A DNA stretch of 60,385 nucleotides, counting the filler, from Sphacelaria rigidula (lineage: Eukaryota), in NCBI GenBank assembly GCA_964200075.2. It is 7 parts of 7 records of this genome, joined end to end, with 100 filler letters (N's around TTAATTAATTAA, not from the genome) between each part and the next. Parts side by side here need not be neighbours in the genome. Positions count along the whole stretch, not along the records: positions 8,643 to 17,184 come from CAXNAA020010848.1; positions 17,285 to 25,825 come from CAXNAA020010849.1; 5 more parts are not named here. One strand, 5' to 3'. This document shows, one piece after another, positions 11,471 through 23,400 of this stretch. A model generated the notes under the pieces. The model was not told where the DNA came from, did no database searches, and was given only the letters and a program-made list of their open reading frames with translations. Position 1 is the first letter of the stretch; the number at the start of each line of letters is the position of its first letter. A program made the translations under genes and the position numbers.

Positions 11471-11628
11471 CTATCGTTGTGCTCTCAGAGCCGCGCCCTC
11501 TCTTCGAAGCTCTTTCACCACGGCTGCCAGTGCCTCTGGGTTGACCCCGCTCTCCACCAGTTCCAGCAGGATTGAAAGCGTTCGCCGATCGAGCCCTGTG
11601 TTGAGCATGGTTGAGATTTCATGCAATG
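11471..11628 (-). CDS. MZT1: Mitotic-spindle organizing protein 1 (MOZART1/GIP1), terminal coding exon; first exon not found
   Basis: Acceptor tgtgcag, then phase-1 translation LHEISTMLNTGLDRRTLSILLELVESGVNPEALAAVVKELRREGAALRAQR*. This is the MOZART1 signature (EIS..LNTGLD..TL.....L.E.G.NPEAL..V.KELR). Confidence 0.93.
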
Positions 11629-11819
11629 CTGCACAGACAGAACGGGGGGTGCGTCAACATTGTCCAAAGAAGGAAAAGGTGTTCGTTGAGAACGGGTGCA
11701 ACAAACTGGGTGCCCTAGAAAGCTTACTTGTACAAGCCTGCGAAGGAGACCAAGGACGAGAAACACGGATACAACCGGGGATGCCTGTAGACTGGCATTG
11801 GAGACAAAGATACGTATAG

Positions 11820-12070
11820 AGGCATACAGTGTATAACCCGCGGTCGTCTCTGGAAGTGGCGATACCAGGGAGTGGAGCAACTCATTCAAGGTTGTCATCC
11901 AGTCGCAAGATTATCAGTACGCTTTGGTCCGAACAATCTTCGCAGGATGCAGCTCACTCGTCCTGCAACTCGCCGACCACGTCACGGCGCTTCGCGCTTG
12001 GTGTTGCCAGCCTGGCCCGGTGGAAATCCGGCGTGTTCCGTGCCGGCTTTGCGGGGATGCGAGGTGAACG
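11820..12070 (-). repeat. Interspersed repeat family A copy (in the MZT1 intron)
   Basis: Similar to 1-215 (reverse complement) and to 38900-39210. Confidence 0.8.
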
Positions 12071-12882
12071 GTATTTACGGCGGTGTATAGTTAACAGAAG
12101 TAAATGTATAGGAAAACAAATCTGCACACAAGTGGGGGGCCCCCAAAAAACACTTGTTTTGTAGCGCTACCAAAAGCTTCAAGCCCGCTGTAGACCCCAT
12201 TATATTTATATCACCGCAACACAGACGTAACTTGGATACAGAAAGTGTACCTTTCGTCAGGTGCCGGTCGCATGTGCAGAAAGCAAACACAAGTTGCGGT
12301 AGCGCACGTCGAAAATGAGCACTACGTTTTCACGGGGGAATACTTCTTCCGAAACCATTTTTTAGCATCAAACCGTAGAACCAGTTTAAGTAGACAGCCA
12401 TGAATCAGGCGGTTCCACCTATCCATTCAGATTTTGAATCAGCGTCCGCAATCTCGAGATATGGATATTTGAAGAGGGGCACCTCGGGTAAACGAGCACT
12501 TTATTCGGCCGAAGGGTAACATGGATATTTAGGCATAACTTACTACGAAAATAATTTTTCCCGTTTTGATTTTTTCTGCGTGAACCCCCATCCATACGGT
12601 TCTTTTAAGCTATCGATTATATTCCAATCACAATTGACTATTCTACAGGAAAATACTCGTTTAAAAGTCTACCCCAAGCCAGCCCAAGGGTAACGTCCAA
12701 ACTCATGGATACTAGAGTAAACGTCTCATTCTGGTTTTTGCTGCACATGCACAAGAGCACACCGCTTCTTTTGAGCTACTGCACATATCTTCTACACCAG
12801 AAAACACCATCCCACAGCATTGTGAATACGGACGTGTGTGTCTTTCTTCAAAATCAGTTTTTTGGTCGATCGGCTGCTAAGC

Positions 12883-13395
12883 ATGCAGAGAGTAAGGGTG
12901 GACCCAGAACGTGCAGCAGAGGCCGTAGAAGCGGTACGCAGCGGTCGCATGACCTTCCATGCTACTGCAAAGACCTTTGAAATCTTCGTTGGTTCGCTGC
13001 AGAAGCGTGTCAGTGGTAGCGTGGGCGTAGCTGGCAGGGTTGGTCCGGGCACTGTACTGTAGAGGTAGGAAGAAAATTCCATCAAAGATATGCTTATTTT
13101 TGCCGTAGCTCGTCAACGGGCTTGAATAGAGATGGCCTGAAACAGGCGGTCATGGCACTCTGGAGCGACAACCGACCGGTGCCATAGGACCCGACAGTAG
13201 GCTCAGGTCGAAAATGGCTCGGCTTGTTTCTTCGGAGGCACCCGCGGCTAGGTGAGCGCACCAACCGCATCTCCAAGGCTGACAGGGTGGTGCGGCCGAC
13301 GAAGAAAATCGCATGCCGGGGTTTTATGCGGCCTGTGAGGACTACGTGGACAAGAAGAAGCCAGCAACCGACCACAGGTGGAACACGGATGAGAG
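12883..13395 (+). mobile_element. pogo/Fot1-like (Tc1/mariner superfamily) transposase remnant, N-terminal half, pseudogenised
   Basis: psq-type HTH (AAEAVEAVRSGRMTFHATAKTFEIFVGSLQKRV...GPGTVL) followed by a CENP-B-type HTH (GRKWLGLFLRRHPRL) and the first catalytic-Asp motif RWNTDE. Contains several stops and frameshifts. Confidence 0.78.
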
Positions 13396-14039
13396 GTGCT
13401 TAACTGTCTGTCAAAAGCCGCTCCGTTTATGTGATACAACGCATGTGTCTACAGTTAGAGCCAGGGGCTGTTGCCTTGGCGTGGTGCTTGTCTGCTCTCA
13501 ATCATGCTGCGTTTGATTCGGTATTATTTTCGCCGCATTCTTCGCCGACGAAGCACTCGGCGTTTGCCTGCCCATTGCTGTCTCAGCGTGTTCTGTTGAT
13601 TGCACTTACTGTTTATAGAGGTCCTGCCTATACTGTCTGTAGAGGTGCTGCAAGTACCGCGGTTAGAGGTGGTGCCAGTACTCTGCGTACCACCCGATAC
13701 TCGACGTACTACTCTGTACCGTGCCCCCCCCCCCCCCCTGCCCCTTACACCCGCAACTCGTGGATATCTTCGCCATGGGTGTTACTCCGCAAGGGACCAG
13801 GGCGTGGAGGGTCATCGCCGAGAAAGATTCGGCGGAGTTGTCGCTGCTTGGCTTGCTCTGTTTCGTGCTCACTGCTGTCTGTGAGCTACGTGTGCCGTTC
13901 TCGTAGTCATTGTCGATTTTGGCGAGAATTTTGGGTGTGTGGGGAGGGCGGGGGGGCAGGAAACGTGTTTCATTTTAACTCGGTCACATCCGTCGAACAC
14001 CAAGTTTTGCGGCAATCATGTCGAAACTAATCCTACTTG

Positions 14040-14965
14040 GTCGGATAGCTCTAAACAAACAGAAATCATAGAGCTCTACGAACGTGTTCGTCGAGTTCGG
14101 CGTTGCCAAACACGGAGAAGAATGCTCAAATTTGTTCCGAAAATCCGGGGACAGGCCACTTTTAACCCTGAATTGACTATTTTCCCTCTTTGGTGCCGGA
14201 AAGTGATGCATTGCGATGCGTAAAGGTTTGTGCCCGAGGAATATATCTGGAACGTCCTAGCTTTAGATGTTCCATTTTCGCAGCATTGTCGATTTCTGGT
14301 GATTAGGGGGCATCACTCAACGTGCTTCTTGGTACCTTAGTCGTACCGCATTAACACCAAATATTGGGAGATTACTGTCAAAACGCTATGGCGCTTGCGG
14401 CGGGTGGAAGACGTGGTATTTCGATGGGTTAATAAAGAAGAAGAATAAAAAAACGTTTTCGTCGAGTACGGCGTTGCCAAACACATAAGACTTAATGGCG
14501 AAATTTGTTCCGTAACTAGGGGATGGGTCATTTTCATCCCCGCATTATTATTTTTTTGCAAAACGGACCGCACTGGTGTCAAACACATTTGTACCAAAGA
14601 ATAAGGCCTGAAACGTCCCAGGTGTTCCATTTTCGTAGTCATTATCGATTTCTGCTTAAGAATGAGTGATTACCACTCAACGTGCGTGATAGAGTACCTT
14701 AGTCAAAACCGATGAACACCAAACTTTGGGAGATTACCATCGTAACGTATTTCAATGGGTTGAAAAAGAAGAAAAGGAAAACATTAGTTTTTGTCGAGTA
14801 CTGCGTTGCCAAACACCGACTGAATGGCGAAATTTGTTCCGAAAAACAAGGGATGGGCGATTTCCACCCCCGGACTGATTTTTTCTTTCCTTCCTCTTCT
14901 TGAGAACGGACCGCACTAATCTCAAAAATATTTGTACCCAATGAGAAGGTCTGAGACGTCTAAGG
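14040..14965. repeat. About three diverged tandem units of ~330-370 bp
   Basis: The anchor gtcgagt(t/a)c(g/t)gcgttgccaaacac...aaatttgttccg recurs near 14090, 14460 and 14793. Confidence 0.8.
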
Positions 14966-15699
14966 TCGCGAGAAATTAACTGCCGCGTAAGGTGAACCGT
15001 AATTGAAACAGAGGGTGTTTTGACCGCATTTTTACGTCAATAGAGCCATACTCCACATCTACTGGTTTGATTATTTTTAAATTTTGAAAAGCTTGGGTGA
15101 TGGAGGATTAAATTGTCTCTCTCCAGATACTCTGGTCATTGTTCCACGTGTCGTGGTTCCCACCAACCAGAGTTTTTAACGTTAGGTGCCTTAAGCGTAC
15201 CTTAATTGGTACATTTACCTTTAAGGCATAACTCATTACGGAAACATTTTTTTCCCGGGTTTTTTTCACCTGCGTGAGGCCGTTTCTTCCGGTTGGTTAT
15301 TTCCCCTCTTTATTTGCCAATAACGAGGGAAAAATACAAGATGGCTACTTGCGGTTGGTTATTTCACAAGATTCTCGGGATAAAAATACGAGACGGGGGA
15401 CATTTCACGAGATAGGCCCTCCTGGCTTGTATTTTTTGCGAAAATACGAGACGAGATCGACTTGTATTTTCCTCTCGTTTTTTTCATTTGCGACGCGGCG
15501 AGACTAGCAGCGCTCGCCGACCCTGAACATGTTTGTGCCCTTCGACATCTGCGGGGTTCTCCTGACAGCAATGTCGAACATCTCCAGCGCCGTTTACACA
15601 CTGGATCAAACTTTGCTTCGCCATCCCGGCGCACGCGAGATGTCGTAAGGGGCTGATGATCTATTGACATCGACCGTTCTCTCGAGAACCTGCAGCACA

Positions 15700-16290
15700 G
15701 ACAGTACCCAGCGCAGAGATTACAGGGTACTGTTGTCTGTGCTGTCTCATGCAGTGAGTTGTAGGTGTCAGCTTGCACACAGCAGCAGTACGCACGGCTG
15801 AAGTAAAAATGATGCGTACAGTGTGAGATATGTGGACGAGGTGCAATACAGACAACAGCAGGCAGTACTATACTGTCTGTACTGCCGATTGAACAGTAGG
15901 ATCCACATACCACGCTGCACTCAACGGCTGCCGAAACTGATTTGGACGACGTGCAGTGCCGACAGTACGTCGGTTGTACTGCCGCATTCAAGAGTACAAG
16001 AGTAGGATGGAAATGTTAGTTTGCCAGTAGTACAACGGCTGTACTAATTATGATGTGGGCAACGTGCAGTACAGACAGAAAGAACTAAGCAGTGCAATAC
16101 TGCCTGTTCTCCCTGCCGCATACGGCAGTATACATGCGCACATGTCAGGTTGGAGACGGTAATATACAACGGCTGCACTAGAATTGATGTGGAGGTGTGC
16201 AGTACAGACAGTACTCGACAGTAGTGCAGTACTTTTGTCTGTACTGCCGCATACGTGATATGGCAGTATAGACTGAAGATGCCAGTTTGC
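15700..16290. repeat. Low-complexity CAGTA/TACTG-rich diverged repeat
   Basis: Recurrent gtgca(g/a)tacagaca, gtactgccg and tacaacggctg motifs. Confidence 0.6.
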
Positions 16291-16589
16291 ACACAGTGCG
16301 AGCTGGGCCAGCAGCGATCGGGGGAGGTCTATGTTTTAACGTCTTTTTTCACAAGCACAGGGAGCTTGGCATGGGAAAGTCTTTAGCCTTGGCCTGCATA
16401 CCCCTTCGAATTCCGCCGACCGTCCTCTTGGTATCCCCCTACCCTTTTGGTACCCACCCACCCCTCAAAAGTATATCTGCAACCGTGAGTTAGGGTCAAC
16501 ATATCTCATAGTATGTTCCTAGCGGTATTTTTTCCTCATAATGTGTTGCAAAAAACGAGGGGAAAAAACGAACCGGAAGAAACGGCCAG

Positions 16590-17035
16590 ACACCCTTATT
16601 TATGCTAGTCTTTTAAGCCATCGTTTTTTACATTCCAATCAAAATTGACCATTCTACAGTGCAATATTCATTCAAAAGTTTACCCCGAGCCAGCCCGAGG
16701 GTAACATCCAAAATCATGGATATTGAGGCATGACTCATTGTTTTCGTTATTTTTCTCCTGTGTGACACCCTTGTTGATGCGGTTCTCGCAAGTTATCGAT
16801 TGTTATATTCCAATCACAATTGAATGTTCTACGGTAAAATCTTCGTTCGACATTTCACCCCAAGCCAGGCCGAGGGTGACGTCCAAGATCATGGATATTA
16901 CGGGATAACTCAATACGAAACTATATTTTTGTCCTTCTTGTTCTCTCCTGCGCGACACCTTCATTTATGCGATTCTTCGGAGCCATCGGTTGTTACATTC
17001 CAGTCACAATCGATCATTCTACAGTAAAATATTCC
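16590..17035. repeat. ~180-bp tandem repeat (about 2.5 units); related copy at ~12505-12712
   Basis: cccc(g/a)agccag(c/g)cc(g/a)agggt(a/g)ac(a/g)tccaa..tcatggata occurs near 16683, 16858 and 12672. attcca(a/g)tca(c/a)aat..a...ttctac(a/g)g recurs once per unit. Confidence 0.8.
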
Positions 17036-17184
17036 GAAGGCCGGACAAATCAATGATCCGTCTGGAAATTACTTGGCTTTGGTGTAATTAATTCGAATCA
17101 TACGAATCAATCCCTAGGCTTTGTTTTCAGCGTTGCAACCTAGGTACACGCAGCCCAGACACGTGGAATGGCGCAAAAGTTACG

Positions 17185-17284
17185 NNNNNNNNNNNNNNNN
17201 NNNNNNNNNNNNNNNNNNNNNNNNNNNNTTAATTAATTAANNNNNNNNNNNNNNNNNNNNNNNNNNNNNNNNNNNNNNNNNNNN
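17185..17284. other. Artificial contig spacer
   Basis: 44 N + TTAATTAATTAA + 44 N. Confidence 0.98.
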
Positions 17285-20200
17285 AAGAAGAAAGGGAGTA
17301 CATACTGCCAACCTCAGAAGATCCGGTGCCGCAGGTGGCCATTCGGGCTTCAGGGGGGAAAAGCATGACTCTTCGAAAATACTAAGTATTGAGTATATGT
17401 TGGAACAACAGATTTGTTATTGGTCTCTTATTTCGATAGTCGCTCATATCGGGTAAATAGCAGTACAACTTCCGCATCCTCAGAGGATTGCAACTGATCT
17501 AAGATTGTTAGCGGAGCTTCCGTCTCTGTCGGGTTAATGTAAAGTTCTAGGATTCTCATTACTTTGTTCTAGAGTTCTGCCGGGTTAATGTAAGTCGCAG
17601 GATTCTCATAAGTAAGAACTTAGGCGTAGCGCATTGATCCGAGGATTCTTGTGGGTTGCCTCCACACCCTCTCACTCTCTTTTTCTTCTTCACTCCCTTC
17701 ACTGAGATTCTCGGCCACATAAGCGCGAATTTCCAACATCAGTCTTTTCGACAAGCAAGTGTGCTTTACCGCCACTTCGTGCTGGCTCTGTGCATCTCCT
17801 TGAGATATCACGCCACATCAAGAACTACCTCGTTCTTTCAGTATACTCTAGTCGACCTCCCCTTGCTTTTTTCTTGTGGGGTTCAGGGTCGTTTTTGATT
17901 GATGGCGTTACGGGGTTCTCTCCGGGAGGGGGGGGGGGGGGGGGGGGGGGGAGGTAGTGTTCCGCGGTACTTTCCGAGGAGTGGGATCGTCGTCTCTCGA
18001 GGCAAACGCCTCTTTTTTTGGAGCAAGTGCCGTTGAAAAATAAACAAACGCTCAGCACGGAAGCAGATTTGGTACCCTATAAAGACTTCGTCAGTATCCC
18101 CCGCTGACAGGTCAAAGAACTGGACCGGTTAATGCTGACTCTCTCCACTGTAACTGGAATTGAATTAGAAATGGATACGAGCGGCAGTTGTCCACTTTAT
18201 CTGGGGGGTTGTCGTGACTGGGTATTTTAATAAAATAGTTTTTACTATGGTGAGTTTATAACAAAGAAACACTGTATATAATTAGACTGTAGTAGTACAT
18301 ATCAAGTGATTAGATTGTCACCCCAGCTGCTAGGTGCAGAGGAAATTATAACAACCTAGGATCTAGACTTCTCGATGGTGATTGCTTGCTACAGAATATG
18401 TATTTTCAAAGCACGCGGTGTATTATTCACCGGAAGTACCAGACGCAGATATGGTGTTTGATTAACCTGTACTGCACTGTTGAATCCAAGACCAGATGAA
18501 AGAGTGACATCGCAGGGGAGTTCGTACGGGGGACTCAGCATCCCCGATTTCAAAACATATCTCCACTCAAGTCATAACTCAACACGATCCGTCTTCAATT
18601 TCCTATTTTACGTACACATTGTATCATTCCACTTCTATATAATTCCACGTCACAAACAAAATAGCGATCATCACGCACTCATGTCTCCGAAGCGACACGG
18701 CTGACAGCAGATCATGTGGGCGCTCGTTCATTAGCCTAAGATATACACTGCTCGTACCCGTTGGCATACCAGAAACGATTCAACAACTGCAACATCTATC
18801 AAATAACATGTGCCTCTCATGGTTGAAGCACTCAAAGGTACTCACACATTCGCCCGAGATTGCAAATCCTCATCACATAACATATGCCTCTCATGGTTGA
18901 AGCACTCGCAGACTATGACAATGACAGGAAACGAGAGTGCTGCATCCATACCTTCTCCCGCACCACAAGAAGTGTAGACCAACAACCCTCAGCGTTGAAC
19001 GATGCGGGCAAGGTGCACATTACTCGATCAAGACAGATGCGAAGACACTACATGCAAAAACACTACCATGACCCGTCGATTGTATGAAATGGGCTCGGAG
19101 GATCCGAGTAAAAGAAAAGTGTAGATGTTCCTCGGAACGTGGATGCTATACCTCCATTAGTGTTATCATGACGAAGAGAAGTTTCCCTTTTTTAGTTTCG
19201 TGTATGTTCACCTTCTTCGTCGAACTTATGTACAAGCTTTTTTCTTTACAGTACAGAGTTGGCACTAATCGTCGCATACCCCACTCACCAGTATAATCCG
19301 ACAATGAATACCCGTCAGTAGGAAAAGACACTTCTCACGAGGAGAAACATTGAAAACAAGATACGCATGGTACCAGAACAACTCGTTGGAGGTGCGTAGT
19401 GTTCGATCCATGTTAGCGTGGGCATAGCGTGTTGTCTAATGCGACCGGTTGACGGTCCAGTCGTATAATAACAGGATTCACCCACTCGACGAGTACGGGA
19501 CAGCCGATCGAAGCGAGTGACTGTCTGTATCATCACGAAAAATGTAGGCGGAAGACACACAACCATCGAAGATATATTCGAGGCGGGTAGCCCGACACGA
19601 TTCTGAACCACGACAAGCACGTGGAGGGAGGGGCCAACGCGGTCCGCCCCCTCAATGATTGCCTGTTCGACGAAAAAAAGTGAGAGGGTGCACACGCAAA
19701 CGGGAGGATGAACTCCAGCCGGGCACACAATATCGAAACAGCGAAGTTGAGCAACCATCGATACCAAAAAACATGATTGATCCTCGAACATGATACAAAA
19801 TGGTAATACATGACCACGATCACCATAGAATATGCTACGACTTTCAACAACGGAACCTATGCAGCATGAAACACACAAGACCGTTTCGGGACGGCCAGGC
19901 CTTAGTGCAAGGAATCAAGTTCACGCAAGAAAATATAAAGGGACTAGCGGTAGCACACGCTGTGGGGACCAGTCCGGTTAAGGCGATCGGTAGCGGTGGG
20001 CTGAGTCGATCGAAGCCGACCATTGCACACACCGTTGGTACCTGCTCTGAAAAGGAGGTCAGTACGGATGCACGAAAAGGGGTCGAAGTACTGAGGTGTT
20101 TCAAGGGTGTGAACCTCGGGCACTCCAGAAACGCAACACGAAGGAAAACAAAACAACAAGACAAAAGGATACAGAACAAGCACAAAGACACGACACACAA

Positions 20201-20461
20201 GAAAAATATAATGAAGAAAAGGACAAACGAACAATACATATGAAAAAAAAACAAGACACAGCACAAAAACAAAGACAAAGACAAAGACAAAAACAAACAG
20301 GCATGTACCAGAACGTTCAAAGCGCGCAACGGTTTTCAGAAGAGAAACACGCCATTGGCTACTGGGTATACGAGTTCAAAAAACAGCACGGGACTAATTA
20401 CGATGACACCAACGACAACACGAAACTCCAGGCAGAAGGAATTCGGGAAGCACAATCAATA

Positions 20462-23400
20462 TCAAGCTTCATCACTATTCCACGCCGTGTCAGGATTGCG
20501 TAAGACAGCTTTGTCGATGTCGCCTCGGTCGTGTCGTTGTAGGCACCAAGATACTCGGCGTGCCATTGGCACCTCAGTGTAGTAGTCGTCGTCGAGGCGG
20601 ATCTTAAGGGGTCCCGGATCATCGAGAAAACAAATGAAGTATGCATTGTCCACTGCAAGATCAATCAAATGAACTTTTCCCAGTCATCACCGCGAATCGG
20701 TTGCCTTATACCAAAAATACGCGCCTTTGGGCGAGCGCTTATTACAAAACAAAATCAAGTATTGCGCACGAGAAACAAGACTATAACCGGCGATGACGAA
20801 TCGCGCGAAGTGCTCCCGTGGCAGCTCACGAGTCGCTGCTCCTTTGCGCATGGACCTATCGCGGTTGTTCAACAAACGGTGTAGTACAGCATCTCCTACC
20901 CAATACAGAAGTATTTCTCTCCGAAAGTGGCGCAAATCAATTTCCCGTTCCCAGGTAACACGCATAATACCTTTCCAGTGTGTCTGGTACATAAGCGCTA
21001 TTTTACCTCCTCGACCTCGGACTAATTGATGGTCCGAAATGCGATCTACCACCACTCGCCCAAGAGAGTCATTGGCATCTTCAACCGCCAAGTGATACGG
21101 CGGGGCTTTGGTCGCATAGTTGGTCAACACGTACTGACTGAGATTCATTGGCAATTGTTTAAAGCATGTCGGTTGCATCATGTGGGAGCAGACACGGTGT
21201 ACACCTCAGCATCGAAACTCGATCTTTGGGTTTAGTGCCAGGTTCATCCGTGGGAAAATCCGTGTACAAAGGTTTCTCGCCTACCGGACTACTGTCAGGT
21301 GCGGCATCACAGGGCCCAACCGCCAAGATGTTCCAAGGGCCAGTCCAATTCAAGGATAGTTTCGACTTCGACACCTTATCCAACGAAGACTTATTGGAGC
21401 TAGCCCCCTGAGTTACCACCTTCCCATCATTTTACACCCATGCCCATTGATCTATTTTCCACACCGGATGGTTGTTGACTGCATCATCCAACACAGTGTT
21501 GACCCTCGCTTATTTCGCTGTATTGACTTGGTTTTGCTCGCGTACCACCTCATACGCAAGCAAGACGAAGACGATTACTGACAGAAATATGGTACTCCGC
21601 GATATCTCGATCCGAACTTTGATGGCCCCCGCAAGGTTTCCTTCCCAACACCGTCAATGAAAACTTGGGCATACGACCAAAATGAACTTCATTGGGAGCC
21701 AAGCCCGTTGCGGTATTGACTGAATTGTTGCCGTTCATCTGAACAAGGAGCAAACGCAAGTCCCAGTCCGTTTTTCGTTCTTTGGTTACTGTTGCCAGCC
21801 TTTGAGCCATCGTATCGCTCACTCGTTCAGTCCCACCGTATGTGGACGGATGGTATGAGCTAGTAAAAATACGATGGGCACCCAGGAATGTTCTGATCGC
21901 AGCAGAAAGTTTGCTGGCGAAATGCGGGCCGTTATCGGACAACAATCACTTGGGTACACCCCATTGAGGAATGTATGTGTACACAAGGACGTTGGCTGTG
22001 CCTGCCGCACTGAAGTTGGCTTCCGAAACAGCATGCATCACCGCGTGTCGACTGAACCGATCCGTGAACAACAGAATGTACTTGTTACCACTGTCATAGA
22101 GAGGCAACGGACCAAAATAGTCTCATGAGACTACTTGACCAGGCCCGTTGGGGAGTGGCATGAAAGTAAGTGGTCATCGAACCGTTTGGCGCGAATGTTT
22201 TTCACGCCTGACACAGAAAACAACGCCTCATCCACCAACGTATACACTGATCTATACGAGCCCACCAATAAAAAAGCTCAAACATCTGAGAGGTCCGAGC
22301 AGCTTCCAGATGTGTCGATGCTTGTAAATGACATTCATGGGGAACCCATGGACGCAGGAGCTTCGGCGCATGAATTCGTGCGGCATCATCACCTAACAAA
22401 CAGGCATGTTTACCGGTAGGTTTCTCCACACGAAGGGGGGCTGTGAGCCGGCGAACAAAACAAACGACGCCATCATAATCCGCATAAAGCATACCTCTCG
22501 GGATAGTTTAATACCTTTATCCTGCGTGTGGGCTTTATGGTTCCCAACGGGCAAGAGGAATTTAGTTGCTGTAAAAAGAGAGGGGCAGCCTTTGGATAGA
22601 TAATGCATAGCCGCTCTTCAAGCAAGTTCAGCTTCTTGTCTCCTGGCCCAATTGACGCGGGAGAAAAGGGTCAAACGTTCCTCAAATACGTTATCCAACG
22701 GTTCGTCCAAAATAAAGGGGTCCGTGTCACGGCGGTGTTGACTCGAATCAAGGGTATTTGGATCATGGGCGGGGGGATCAGTCAGTGTATCTGCAAGCGA
22801 AATATTGTCTCCGATTCCTACGTCGACTAGCGCATCGGATGATGAGGCATCAGTGGGAACACCATCACCGGAGAAGTAGGGCAAAGCCGAGGCTTCGGCT
22901 ATGGGAAGCAGGGGTGCCGTGGATGGGATCGATCATCTGGGGGCCTTGAGCGTTGGTGGTTGAGGGGGCGCAAGGAAAGTACCGGGCAACGGGATGGGGT
23001 CGGGATGGGAAGGTCCGGGCCAGAGGCCGCCAGGGTGGCGGCTGTATCGGCGGCCCGTCGCCCCCGAGCTCTACTCGAAATGGGATCTCGAACTTGAACC
23101 GCGAGGACGAAGTCAGTACAAGACGGATATACATCTGCACTACAAACCATTCGATGACCAGTTGCATGGACCTGATCATACTCACGCGGGTTTGTACTGG
23201 CTCTACTCCAAATTGAACACAACGATTGTGGTGGCATACTGCCTAGTACAGAAACGTGAGCTGTAGTCGTCAGCCCATCGATGCCAAGTGCTGAGTCGTG
23301 GTTCAGTGAGAGTGGTGTGCAGATTCCGCTATGATCGTATCTGCCAATGAAATATACAACGTCTTCGGCGGGATCCGTGATGCGTCCCAAGGCGGAGCTG

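Noticed and set aside
14040-17035. CRISPR-like array
   Set aside because: Units are 180-370 bp and similar along their whole length, with no unique spacers and no cas genes, in a eukaryotic context.
19844-20503. Hydrophobic or Lys-rich ORFs (also 41130-41448 and 57493-58061)
   Set aside because: These are by-products of A-rich low-complexity tracts that lack stop codons.
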